DNA of 64,000 nt. It comes from an uncultured delta proteobacterium. Lineage in GTDB: Bacteria; Desulfobacterota; Desulfomonilia; UBA1062. The stretch covers positions 32,001 to 96,000 of the forward strand of contig CAVVYZ010000015.1 of assembly GCA_963752595.1 (NCBI GenBank), read 5' to 3'. Below, piece by piece: positions 30,127-39,401 of the stretch (positions within the stretch are counted from its first letter, which is position 1; every line of letters begins with the position of its first letter). Below the pieces are notes generated by a model, which was not told the DNA's origin, did not search any database, and saw nothing but the letters and a program-made list of their open reading frames with translations. Made by a program: the position numbers and the translations under genes.

Positions 30127-30960
30127 TCACCTCGATGCAATTATTCTGCTAAAGATTCCCAGCAGAAGAGAAGCGGTTAGAAAAATCAGCAGGCCGGAAA
30201 ACTCGTGGAAAAAGCCTTCTGCTATCCTGCTGTCATAGAAGTGAGCCAGAATGCCGGTTCCGACAACACGGCCGGCATTGGTCATTATTGCTATGGGCAG
30301 TACGAGGAGGATGAGGGCGATCCTTTTCCCGTATTCCTCACATGTGATAAAGGCCAGAAATGTTCCCAGTGCAAAGAGAGAAAACAATGATCGTATGCCG
30401 CTGCAGGCATCTGCTACTTCCAGAGTGGTGTTTGCCAGATGGATGATATTCCCCTCGCGTAAAACCGGGATGTCGAGAAGGGCCAGACTCGTCGTAGCGC
30501 AGTATGTAGCGAACAATTTGAGAGGAAAGGCGATGGCGTCATAGAGGATGTACGGAATCGGTATCATAAAAATGAGAAATGCCAGCGCCGAGGAGCAGGT
30601 TTTCAGTATTTCTTTGCCGAAAAAAAGCAGTACGAGGCCTGTAATCATACCGATAAGGGAAAAGCGTTGTAAGAAAAGCTCGGACCCTGACTTGCCTACG
30701 GTCAGCATAGCCAGTGACATAGCTATAATGAACAATCCGGCCCAACTGGGTTCCCTTGTCTTGCTCAGCTGCATCAGTTCGGTCTTCTTCTGCCGGATGA
30801 GGTAGAGAGAGATAGCCGGTATCAGAAAACCATGCGAATAATTGGGGTCCTTCCACCAATCCATTACAAGTTTCCGGATAACATCCTGATAAAGCAAAGA
30901 CATGAGGACAAGGATGGAGATTCCTTTAATATATGTCATAATATTTACTGCGGCAGGCAA
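30127..30960 (-). CDS. Exosortase (EpsH/XrtA family)
   Basis: W..DPNYSHGFLIP, VLREGNII, EVADACSGIRS (Cys), NAGR (Arg), FFHEFSG (His); about 8 TM segments. Confidence 0.93.
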   Translation of the reverse strand: MPAAVNIMTYIKGISILVLMSLLYQDVIRKLVMDWWKDPNYSHGFLIPAISLYLIRQKKTELMQLSKTREPSWAGLFIIAMSLAMLTVGKSGSELFLQRFSLIGMITGLVLLFFGKEILKTCSSALAFLIFMIPIPYILYDAIAFPLKLFATYCATTSLALLDIPVLREGNIIHLANTTLEVADACSGIRSLFSLFALGTFLAFITCEEYGKRIALILLVLPIAIMTNAGRVVGTGILAHFYDSRIAEGFFHEFSGLLIFLTASLLLGIFSRIIASR

Positions 30961-31601
30961 AGCGCCAGGTGCGGGTAGAAATGATTGATAAAGGATTGGA
31001 GGTGTGTTTCAGCCTCCTGCTCGGAGACGGTTATCAACGTTGATATCCGCACCAGCGAGCCGTCGTTTCGTGCAAGCATCATAGTATCCAGAATCAGATA
31101 GAATTTCTCCCAGTATTCATTCGTGATAATCCTCCCCCTGGATTGATACCAATAGTAAACAACCTGCTTGTCCTTCCCTTTCTCGATAAGGAGTTTGTTC
31201 ACTGCCAGCTTTCCTGCAGGCACCTTGTCCGCCGATATGATCTTTTCGCCGTCGGATACAGGGTTCCAGCCGCTGCCCGGATAACAATGAAGCGGAGAAT
31301 GGATTGTATGGCCGATTTCCTGGTAGCTGTAGAATCCTACATATACTGAGATAGGTTCCTGATTCTGTGCATAGTAGGTCCGCATGATGTACTGATCGAC
31401 GCCTGCATTCTTCAAGGTGTTCCGGTCAAGGGTGCTCGCATCGCCCTCCCAGATTCCTATGGAGAGCGGTATTTCATCCAGGAGTCTTAAGAGATAAATC
31501 TTTTTGGTCTGGCCGATAAATGAAAAGTACACCAGGGCGCAGGAAAGGAGGAGGACTGCTGCCAGATAATGAAAATCTATGTTCCTCCGGACACTCATCA
31601 T
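30945..31601 (-). CDS. epsI: EpsI family exosortase-associated protein
   Basis: IP..IG.W.G, YIMRTY, VYVGFY..Q, IHSP.HCYPGSGW, VYYWYQSRGR, DGSLVRIS. Confidence 0.9.
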   Translation of the reverse strand: MMSVRRNIDFHYLAAVLLLSCALVYFSFIGQTKKIYLLRLLDEIPLSIGIWEGDASTLDRNTLKNAGVDQYIMRTYYAQNQEPISVYVGFYSYQEIGHTIHSPLHCYPGSGWNPVSDGEKIISADKVPAGKLAVNKLLIEKGKDKQVVYYWYQSRGRIITNEYWEKFYLILDTMMLARNDGSLVRISTLITVSEQEAETHLQSFINHFYPHLALCLPQ

Positions 31602-31738
31602 GGAAGTCTTTTTTGCGTAGCGGTAAATGATCTGGTGTTCCTTATACCCATGGTCTTGATGCCTTCGAAGAGACAGGGGAATTCGAACAATTCCACCCTA
31701 TCCGGAAAAGTCGGCTTAAGGAAAGACAGGTCAAAAGC

Positions 31739-31777
31739 TCCGCTACTGCAGGTGAGTCTAAGCCACCCTCAGGTCTG
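31739..31777 (-). promoter_or_regulatory. JUMPstart/ops-like leader element of the EPS operon (tentative)
   Basis: Minus strand CAGACCTGAGGGTGGCTTAGACTCACCTGCAGTAGCGG: two GGTAGC-like hexamers 14 nt apart with a TGAG/CTCA stem. Confidence 0.35.
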
Positions 31778-32125
31778 TTCATATCCACTAATTGCTAGGA
31801 TATATTAATATAACGGGGCTGGTTTCTCACAAGTACCGGGAAGCATTTAATTTCATTTATTTCATAAACCTGCGCTTTCATACATGTGCCCCGGCACCTT
31901 CAGGGAGGCGCTGCAGACCGGGTCTGGGGTTACATACCCATAGGCTTGCATGGGTATGGTTCAGCACTCAAAGAATGAGCTTGCTCAAGATGCGATCGCT
32001 CTGAGCTCAAGAGAGAATGGATGAAATATTAATACGAAGGGGAAGGGCGCTTGATCCCTGATGTTTGAGCGAAGCTCCGGCGGAGCCGGTTTACGGAATC
32101 GACCGGCGACAAGCCGCGGATATAT

Positions 32126-32161
32126 AAAAAGGGGCTGTTCCGTGAACGGAAGAGCCCCTTT
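32126..32161 (-). terminator. Rho-independent terminator
   Basis: AAAGGGGCT...AGCCCCTTT hairpin with T5 on the minus strand, downstream of the enoyl-CoA hydratase gene. Confidence 0.75.
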
Positions 32162-32194
32162 GTCATCATTAAATGAGTTTTAAGAATACCGGCT

Positions 32195-33019
32195 CTACTT
32201 CCCTTTGTAAACGGGTGAGCGTTTTTCCATGAATGCAGTCATGGTCTCTGCAAGATCTTCGGACGGCAGGATCATGGAGCTCCTCGCTGCCACGTACTCG
32301 AGCCCGTCTGCAATGCTCTTGCCCCTGCAGAAGTTCAGGACATCCTTGGCGCCCTGGACAGCGAGCGGCGCCTGGGCAGCGATCTCGAGGGCCAGATCCT
32401 GTGCACCCTTGAGCAGGGATTCTTTGTCCGGGTACACGGCGTTGACCAGGTTGATCTCTTTTGCCCTCTGGGCATCGATATACTTGGCAGTGAATGCTAG
32501 TTCCCTGGTGATCCCCTGGCCCACGATATGAGGCAGGCGCTGGAGCACGCCCACATCGGCGATTATGGAAACTGCAGACTCTCGGAGCGAAATTTTCGCA
32601 TCGAGCGAAGCGAGGCGGATATCGCAGGCAGAGCCAAGGTCCAGGGCTGCCCCGATGCAGTAGCCGTGGAATGCGCAGATGACCGGCTTGGAGCACTTTT
32701 CGACGCAGGTCATGGCATCCTGGAGGGGGAAGATGTCTTTAAAGAGTTTTACGGTCCCCTTTGCGCTCATGTCCCAGTTCTTCAGCGTGGGGATCAAGGG
32801 CGCCATGCCCATCAGGTCGATACCTGTGGAGAACTCTTTTCCTTCCCCCGCGATGATCGCAACCCTGATGTCGTCATCGGCTTCGATGTCTGCAAAGATG
32901 GGGATGATCTCCTTCCATGCATCCGGCCCCATGGCATTCTTCTTTTCAGGTCTGTTCAGAAAGACCCATGCGATGTGCCCCTGCTTTTCAACCTTATAGA
33001 ACTTGTACGGTTCACTCAT
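32195..33019 (-). CDS. Enoyl-CoA hydratase/isomerase (ECH1 dienoyl-CoA isomerase-like)
   Basis: LNRPEKKNAM, FSTGIDL, KPVICAFHGYCIG, ADVGVLQRLP. Confidence 0.9.
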   Translation of the reverse strand: MSEPYKFYKVEKQGHIAWVFLNRPEKKNAMGPDAWKEIIPIFADIEADDDIRVAIIAGEGKEFSTGIDLMGMAPLIPTLKNWDMSAKGTVKLFKDIFPLQDAMTCVEKCSKPVICAFHGYCIGAALDLGSACDIRLASLDAKISLRESAVSIIADVGVLQRLPHIVGQGITRELAFTAKYIDAQRAKEINLVNAVYPDKESLLKGAQDLALEIAAQAPLAVQGAKDVLNFCRGKSIADGLEYVAARSSMILPSEDLAETMTAFMEKRSPVYKGK

Positions 33020-33216
33020 GAATGTACCTCCCTATTTCCACACAGAGTAGAACGATATGGGTAATTTTGTCAATAATAGAGGGAATATAGGTCCGTCCGA
33101 TCCACTAACCCGGATATGAAAGTTTCATGCATGCCCGTGTTCGAGCGGGAAAAGGTGAAGCTCAATTGACATTTTGCCGTTCAAGCACTAGAAGCAAGAG
33201 CATGAAGGAGTAAGAG

Positions 33217-33423
33217 ATGCCCATCTATGAATACCAGTGCCGGGAGTGCGGAGAAGATTTCGAGAAGCTCATGCCTATGTCTGCGAAAGATGCTCCTGAC
33301 TGCCCGAAATGTAAGCGCAACAACGTGAAAAAGAAGATTTCACGGATTGCTTCCGGCAAATCCGGATGTGATTCATGCAGTTCCAGCTCCTGCAGCAGCT
33401 GTTCTCCGTCAGGGCACAGCTGA
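33217..33423 (+). CDS. FmdB-family zinc-ribbon protein
   Basis: MPIYEYQCRECG..FE...CPKC...KKIS; Cys/Ser-rich tail; AAGGAG SD. Confidence 0.88.
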   Translation: MPIYEYQCRECGEDFEKLMPMSAKDAPDCPKCKRNNVKKKISRIASGKSGCDSCSSSSCSSCSPSGHS

Positions 33424-33454
33424 GGGTAGGGTAACGGACCCCCGGTCAGGGGGG

Positions 33455-34738
33455 TCATGAAAACAGATCGACAAGCTGGATGGTCTCTTCCCGCTTCGGA
33501 CCTACAGAGATAATCGCTGCCTTGACCCCGGTCTTTTCTTCCATATAAGAAATGTAGTTTTTACAGTTCTTCGGCAGGTCGTTGTATGACCGTACGGACG
33601 AGATGTTCTCTTCCCAGCCCGGGAGCTCGTCGTATACCATCTGCAGATCGGGATACATCTCCAGATCAGCAGGCATATTCTCTATGAGGGTATTCTTTGA
33701 CCTGTAGGCGGTTGCTACCTTGATGGTTTCGAAACCGGTGAGGACATCGAGCTTGGTTACGGCGAGATAGGTGATGTCCGAGAGCCGGACCGAGTGCTTC
33801 AGCGCGACGAGGTCGAGCCATCCGCACCGCCTGGGCCTGCCGGTAGTAGCACCGTATTCCCCACCGAACGCACGTAAACGTTCGCCGATCTCATCATTGA
33901 GCTCGGTCGGGAAAGGGCCTCCGCCCACTCTCGTGGTGTAGGCCTTGCAGATCCCGAGCACGGTGCTGATCTTCGTAGGCCCGATGCCTGAGCCGACGCA
34001 TGCCTGGCCGGCAACGGTATTCGACGAGGTAACATACGGGTAGGTCCCGAAATCCATGTCGAGGTTCGCGCCCTGGGCCCCTTCGAAAAGGAGCTTCTTG
34101 CCGCTTCGCACTGCCTGGTCGATAAGTACGGGCGCATCGGTTACAAACGGCTTGAGCTTCTCGCCCATTGCTTTATACCTATTAAATATTTCTTCCTTGT
34201 CCATGCCTTTGACCTTGAGGATCCTGGTGAGATATTCCTGCTTCTCATCAAAAAAGCTACTCAGCTTTTTCCTCAGCATGTGCTCATGGACAAGGTCGAT
34301 CATCCTTATGCCGCACCTGCGTGCCTTATCCTCATAGGCAGGCCCGATGCCTCTGCCTGTGGTCCCGATCTGCTGGGTGGCTTCACGGGCATGGTCGATC
34401 ATTTTGTGATAGGGCATGATGACATGGGCGCGGTCGCTGATGGCCAGAGTGCCGGTGGTTACCGTGTATCCCTTTTCCCGCAAGGCATCGATCTCATTGA
34501 GAAGGATCTCCGGGTCGATCACCACTCCGGAGCCGATGACGCAACGTTTATCTGCGTGCAGGATACCGGAAGGTATCAGATGGAGGATGACTTTTCTGTC
34601 ACCCACCACCAAGGTGTGTCCGGCATTGTTGCCGCCCTGAAACCGGATGATAAGGTCTGATTTTTCTGTAAGGAGGTCGACGACCTTCCCTTTCCCTTCG
34701 TCACCCCACTGGGTGCCAACAACGACAACGTTTGCCAT
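33455..34738 (-). CDS. purA: Adenylosuccinate synthetase
   Basis: QWGDEGKGK, GGNNAGHT, GTTGRGIGPAY, EGAQG, GTYPYVTSS, TTGRPRRCGW. Confidence 0.98.
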   Translation of the reverse strand: MANVVVVGTQWGDEGKGKVVDLLTEKSDLIIRFQGGNNAGHTLVVGDRKVILHLIPSGILHADKRCVIGSGVVIDPEILLNEIDALREKGYTVTTGTLAISDRAHVIMPYHKMIDHAREATQQIGTTGRGIGPAYEDKARRCGIRMIDLVHEHMLRKKLSSFFDEKQEYLTRILKVKGMDKEEIFNRYKAMGEKLKPFVTDAPVLIDQAVRSGKKLLFEGAQGANLDMDFGTYPYVTSSNTVAGQACVGSGIGPTKISTVLGICKAYTTRVGGGPFPTELNDEIGERLRAFGGEYGATTGRPRRCGWLDLVALKHSVRLSDITYLAVTKLDVLTGFETIKVATAYRSKNTLIENMPADLEMYPDLQMVYDELPGWEENISSVRSYNDLPKNCKNYISYMEEKTGVKAAIISVGPKREETIQLVDLFS

Positions 34739-34773
34739 ACAGTACGCTCCTATTCTCTGATTGCCTACTTCGT

Positions 34774-34875
34774 TAGATCACAACCTCCCGGACTGAGAGG
34801 ACATTTTGAGTCCTGCCGATAATTTATCGCTTACGAGTACCTCCAAAGTAACTCTCCAGCTGACAGTGTGATCAA
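34774..34875 (-). ncRNA. Putative structured 5' leader of purA
   Basis: Nested complementary segments (GATCACA/TGTGATC and others) between a sigma70-like promoter and the purA start. Confidence 0.35.
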
Positions 34876-34885
34876 ACCCGGTGCA

Positions 34886-34914
34886 CTTGTAACAAATGGT
34901 CTTAAGCGTGTCAA
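34886..34914 (-). promoter_or_regulatory. sigma70-like promoter of purA
   Basis: TTGACA-17 nt-TACAAG with TG extension on the minus strand. Confidence 0.5.
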
Positions 34915-35030
34915 TAATTTACAGGGTAGTTTTAAAATATCCTTCAATATTCTCGTGATTTTTAGCTTGGCACAGAATATATATTCTGTAATATATATTA
35001 AGTAAGTAAGGAAGAGAGAGGAGGGTTTTT

Positions 35031-36192
35031 ATGTATAAGATCGATCTGCTGAATAACATCTCGGAAAAGGGCTTAAGTCTTTTCACGGAAAAATATGAGC
35101 ACCGTGCCGGCATTTCCGAGCCGGACGGTATCCTGGTAAGAAGCAAGGAAATGAAAGACATGAGCTTGCCCTCGAGTGTGAAAGCGATTGCTCGGGCCGG
35201 TGCCGGGGTCAACAATATCCCCGTAGACAAGTGCTCGGAAAAAGGCATCGTAGTCTTCAATACCCCGGGTGCGAACGCCAATGGGGTAAAGGAACTGGTC
35301 GTCCTGGGCATGCTGCTGGCCTCGCGGAAGGTGACGGAAGGAATCGCCTGGGCCAAAGGGCTGGTAGGCGAAGGCGACAAGGTGCCCGATCTGATCGAAA
35401 AGGGCAAATCAAAGTTCGGCGGCACGGAAATACTGGGCAAAAAGATGGGCGTAGTCGGACTGGGCGCGATCGGCATCATGGTGGCCAACACAGCCGAAGC
35501 CCTCGGCATGGAAGTGTGCGGATACGATCCGTTTCTGTCGATCGACGCAGCCTGGAGACTGTCCCGCAATATCAAAGAGGGCGGCGAGCCTGGAAAGGCT
35601 GCTGGCCGAGTGCGATTACATTTCGCTGCACGTCCCTCTGAACAAAGATACGCGGGGATTCATCAATGCCGATAAATTTGCGGTCATGAAGAACGGTGCA
35701 AAGCTCCTGAACTTCGCCCGAAGGGAACTGGTGAATACCGCTGACCTGCAGAAAGCCATTGACGACGGGATCGTAAGCTGTTACGTCACGGACTTCCCCG
35801 ATGAAGAGCTTATAAAGATGGATAAGTGCATAGCCATTCCGCATCTGGGGGCTTCCACCGAGGAGTCTGAAGAAAACTGCGCTATTATGGCGGCTATGGA
35901 ACTCATGGATTTCCTGGAGAACGGGAACATCAAGAACTCCGTCAACTTCCCGGATTGTTCGCTTGACAGGTCGGGCAAAAAGAGACTGACCATCGCTAAC
36001 AAAAACTCGCCGGGCATGATTGAAAAGTTTACGCACCTCTTGGCCGACAGCAATCTCAACATCGCCGACATGATCAACAAGAGCAAAGGTAATTTTGCCT
36101 ATAACATTATAGATGTTGATGGCGGCATTAACGAAGACTTGATAAAGAAAATCAAATCGATTGAAGGAGTAGTAGCGGTCCGGGTGCTTTAA
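35031..36192 (+). CDS. serA: D-3-phosphoglycerate dehydrogenase with ACT domain; frameshift near 35580
   Basis: ARAGAGVNNIP, NTPGANAN, VVGLGAIG; second ORF NFAR, PHLGAST.E.E, NSVNFP, ACT domain. Confidence 0.88.
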
Positions 36193-36235
36193 AAATAATG
36201 CCGGATCGGTTTTAAGCTTAAGCAAGGAGGGAATA

Positions 36236-36952
36236 ATGGCTGTTGTTGAATGGAAAAAGGACGGGACCGTTGCGATCATGATCATGAATACAGCCGAGAA
36301 CAGACACAACCCCGGCTTTGCAGCAGACTTGCTCAAGACCTTTGATGAAATAGAGGCCGAAAAGGAGATAACCTCGACCGTACTTACTTCGAGCGATGCA
36401 AAGAACTGGTCGCTGGGCATTGACCTCACCTGGATAACCGGAGCTTACGGCAGCCAGGATTTTCAGTCGATCAAGGATTTCATGTACGGCATGAATAAAG
36501 TTTTCCAGCGGGTTCTCCTGTTCCCCATGCCTGTCATTGCAGCCATCAGCGGGCATACCTTCGGCAACGGCAGCATCCTGGCCTGCACTTGCGACTTCCG
36601 TTTCATGAAGGCCGACCGGGGATACCTGTGCTTCCCTGAGGTCGATATCAATATCCCGTTCCTGCCGGGCATGCTCCAGATCATGAGGAAGGCGATTCCC
36701 TACTATAAGCTCGAAGACCTGGTGTACAGCGGGAAAAGGGCAGGGGCGGCAGAGCTCGAAGAACACCATGTCATCGTAAAGGCCTGTGCCGACGCCGATG
36801 CGCTGACCAAAGAGTCCATGGAGTTTGCGAGATCATACCAGAAAGGCAGGGCCATTTTCCGGGAGCACAAATCAAGGCTGCATAAGCACATTGTCGAGCT
36901 CATGGACAAGGAAGACACTGTATACATCGAGTTGCTCAAGCTCATGGTGTAG
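36236..36952 (+). CDS. Enoyl-CoA hydratase/isomerase family protein
   Basis: WSLGIDL, PVIAAISGHTFGNG, CFPEVDI. Confidence 0.85.
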   Translation: MAVVEWKKDGTVAIMIMNTAENRHNPGFAADLLKTFDEIEAEKEITSTVLTSSDAKNWSLGIDLTWITGAYGSQDFQSIKDFMYGMNKVFQRVLLFPMPVIAAISGHTFGNGSILACTCDFRFMKADRGYLCFPEVDINIPFLPGMLQIMRKAIPYYKLEDLVYSGKRAGAAELEEHHVIVKACADADALTKESMEFARSYQKGRAIFREHKSRLHKHIVELMDKEDTVYIELLKLMV

Positions 36953-37049
36953 ACCTATCGAAGGCTCATCATCCATAAAGCCGGATCTGCCGGCTCTCCC
37001 GTAAGCGGACGGATGCATGAGCCTCTTTATTTATGAACCGTAGAATGAA

Positions 37050-38015
37050 ATGGATAATAGAACGTTCAACCCCCCTTTCTACTTAAGGAGCTCACTCCTG
37101 CAGACTGTCCTGGCGAGCCTGAAAATCCGCGCCATGGGTGTGAATCCCATGATCGAGGCCTCCCGGGAGGTGATCCTCACCGTAGGGGATGGCGTCAGGC
37201 TGCTGGGCTTCCATTCGCCCCGGCCGCGAGCTTCATCGAAAGGGCTGGTGATTCTCATCCACGGATGGGAAGGGGGCTCCGGATCCGCGTACATCCTCAA
37301 TACCGGAAAATATCTCTTTTCCCACGGATACGACATATTCCGGCTGAACCTCAGGGACCACGGGCAGACCCACCATCTGAATGAGGGCCTCTTTTACTCC
37401 ACCCTCCTGGAAGAGGCCTTTGAGGCGGTAAAAAAGATTTCAGAGCTCGTGAGAAGCGGGCCGGTCTTCCTCATGGGGTTTTCCCTGGGAGGGAATTTCG
37501 CGCTTCGCATAGCGAGGAGGTTCATGCAGGAGCCTTGCACGCCGTTACATCGCATAGTTGCCATAAGCCCGGCCCTTGACCCGAGCAAGGCGACGGATGC
37601 CATTGACCGCCACTGGCTCCTCCGCCCATACTTCCTCAAGAAATGGAAAAGGTCTTTGAAGAGAAAACAGGAACTCTATCCCCACCGGTATGATTTCAGC
37701 CCCTTGTTCTCCATAAGGACCGTCCGGGAAACCACGGAGGCCCTCATCAGTCAGTCGGGACTCTATCCCGGTGCCCGGGAATATTTCGCCGCATACACCC
37801 TGGGAGCGGGATCACTCACGGATGTCACGATTCCTCTGACCATCATCACCTCACGCGACGACCCTGCGATACCGGTAGATGATTTTTATAATCTCGATCT
37901 TGCATCTCCCCATCGGCTCATTATACATACGTATGGAGGGCACAACGGATTCCTCTCCGGGCTTTTTTCGCCCACCTGGTATGAACGGGAGGTGATTCCG
38001 GTATTCCAAGGGTGA
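37050..38015 (+). CDS. YheT-like alpha/beta hydrolase
   Basis: HGWEG, LNLRDHG, GFSLGG nucleophile, DDP, GGHNGF. Confidence 0.88.
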   Translation: MDNRTFNPPFYLRSSLLQTVLASLKIRAMGVNPMIEASREVILTVGDGVRLLGFHSPRPRASSKGLVILIHGWEGGSGSAYILNTGKYLFSHGYDIFRLNLRDHGQTHHLNEGLFYSTLLEEAFEAVKKISELVRSGPVFLMGFSLGGNFALRIARRFMQEPCTPLHRIVAISPALDPSKATDAIDRHWLLRPYFLKKWKRSLKRKQELYPHRYDFSPLFSIRTVRETTEALISQSGLYPGAREYFAAYTLGAGSLTDVTIPLTIITSRDDPAIPVDDFYNLDLASPHRLIIHTYGGHNGFLSGLFSPTWYEREVIPVFQG

Positions 38016-38047
38016 CGGATGAGACGGTATCATGCTGGAGTTGCTCT

Positions 38048-38458
38048 ATGAATACCCGGGCAGTCACCGGAAAGATCGTCTTGAGATATATTGCTTTCCA
38101 GCTCATGGGCCTCGCCGTGTTCGTCCTCGTCCTTCTGATCGTCCGGAAATGGATTTTTGACTATCCTCCGTGGCTTTTCTGGTCGCTCACGACTTTGTGG
38201 GTAATAAAAGATGCGCTTCTGTTTCCTTTATTCTGGAAGGCCTACGACTGGGAAAGCGGGAGTCAATCCCTTTCCATGGCCGGGTTGACGGCTGTTGCGC
38301 GGGACCGTCTGGACCCCCACGGCTATGTAGAGGTCAAGGGCGAGCTGTGGAAAGCAATGATCAGAGAAGGCACAAGCCCGGTAGATAAGGGTGGAAGGGT
38401 CAGAATACAGGGCAAAGAGGGGCTTACCCTCATCGTCGAGCATGACAAGGATTTGTGA
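38048..38458 (+). CDS. NfeD-like membrane protein (OB fold)
   Basis: Two TM segments, then L.P.GYVEVKGELWKA...G..V...EGLTLIV. Confidence 0.8.
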   Translation: MNTRAVTGKIVLRYIAFQLMGLAVFVLVLLIVRKWIFDYPPWLFWSLTTLWVIKDALLFPLFWKAYDWESGSQSLSMAGLTAVARDRLDPHGYVEVKGELWKAMIREGTSPVDKGGRVRIQGKEGLTLIVEHDKDL

Positions 38459-38527
38459 TGAAAGATATCTCGATATCTCATGAGAAATCCGATAGAATAG
38501 AAACGTATTCGGTGAGGGGGATGACCG

Positions 38528-39286
38528 ATGGGTGACAGGGGCCGCCTGAAACAGCGATTCATACAGGAACTTGGCCGGGTGATCAGAAAGATCGAAGCAT
38601 CCGGGCATGTCCCGGAGGCTGCAAAGATTCCTGCCGACATCTCAGAAAATCAGATTGAGATCTATGAAAGCATGATCCAGCACTGTGCCGTGGCGATCTT
38701 TGCCATCGACACGGAGCACCGGGTTATCCACTGGAATAAAGCCTGTGAGGAGCTCACGGGGATCGCAATGGTAGATATCATCGGCACCCGGAACCAGTGG
38801 AAGGCCTTCTATGACCATCACCGGCCCTGCCTTTCGGATATTCTCATCGACGGAAAAGAAGAAACCATGCAGGAACACTACCACGTATACGGTTCTTCAA
38901 TCCTCATTCCCTATAGCCTGCATGCAGAAGGATGGTACCCTCATGTAGGCGGAAACGAGAGATATCTCATTTTCGATGCATCGCCGGTTTTCGGCCGTAA
39001 CAGCAAGCTGGTCGCCGCTATCGAGACGCTGCAGGACATTACCGAGCTCAAAAAGATTGAAGAAGAGAGGCAAAAGCTTAATATCAAGCTACAGGATGCC
39101 CTCGACAAGATAAAAACCTTGAGCGGATTGATCCCCATCTGTGCCGGGTGTAAGAAAATCCGTGATGACAAAGGATATTGGAATCACCTGGAAGAATACC
39201 TCGAAGAGCATTCCGATGCATCCTTCAGCCACGGTCTTTGCCCTGAATGCTTCAAACAATACTTCCCGGATGCCTCGGAAAAGTGA
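38528..39286 (+). CDS. PAS-domain protein with C-terminal CxxC...HGxCPxC domain
   Basis: IFAID..HRVIHWNKACEELTG, LQDITE, LIPICAGCKKIRDDKGYW...FSHGLCPEC. Confidence 0.82.
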   Translation: MGDRGRLKQRFIQELGRVIRKIEASGHVPEAAKIPADISENQIEIYESMIQHCAVAIFAIDTEHRVIHWNKACEELTGIAMVDIIGTRNQWKAFYDHHRPCLSDILIDGKEETMQEHYHVYGSSILIPYSLHAEGWYPHVGGNERYLIFDASPVFGRNSKLVAAIETLQDITELKKIEEERQKLNIKLQDALDKIKTLSGLIPICAGCKKIRDDKGYWNHLEEYLEEHSDASFSHGLCPECFKQYFPDASEK

Positions 39287-39401
39287 CGACCGGTCTGCCC
39301 TAGTAAGCATTTACCGGAGCGTTTTTCATCACCTGTTCATCAATCATGAGCTTCCCGGCAGCAAGCTGCCGGGTACCCCGATAATTTAAAAAGGTGAACG
39401 T

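Noticed and set aside
33217-33423. Metallothionein or RiPP precursor (Cys/Ser-rich tail)
   Set aside because: Typical low-complexity tail of FmdB-family zinc ribbons
34774-34875. Glycine or ykkC/PRPP riboswitch, SRP RNA or 6S RNA
   Set aside because: Core consensus elements (CCGAAG, CUAGGGUUCCG, GGAAGGAAGCAG) are absent; kept only as an unassigned leader
39355-39374. CCCGGCAGC-AA-GCTGCCGGG palindrome as REP/MITE
   Set aside because: Single occurrence seen; probably an ordinary intergenic hairpin
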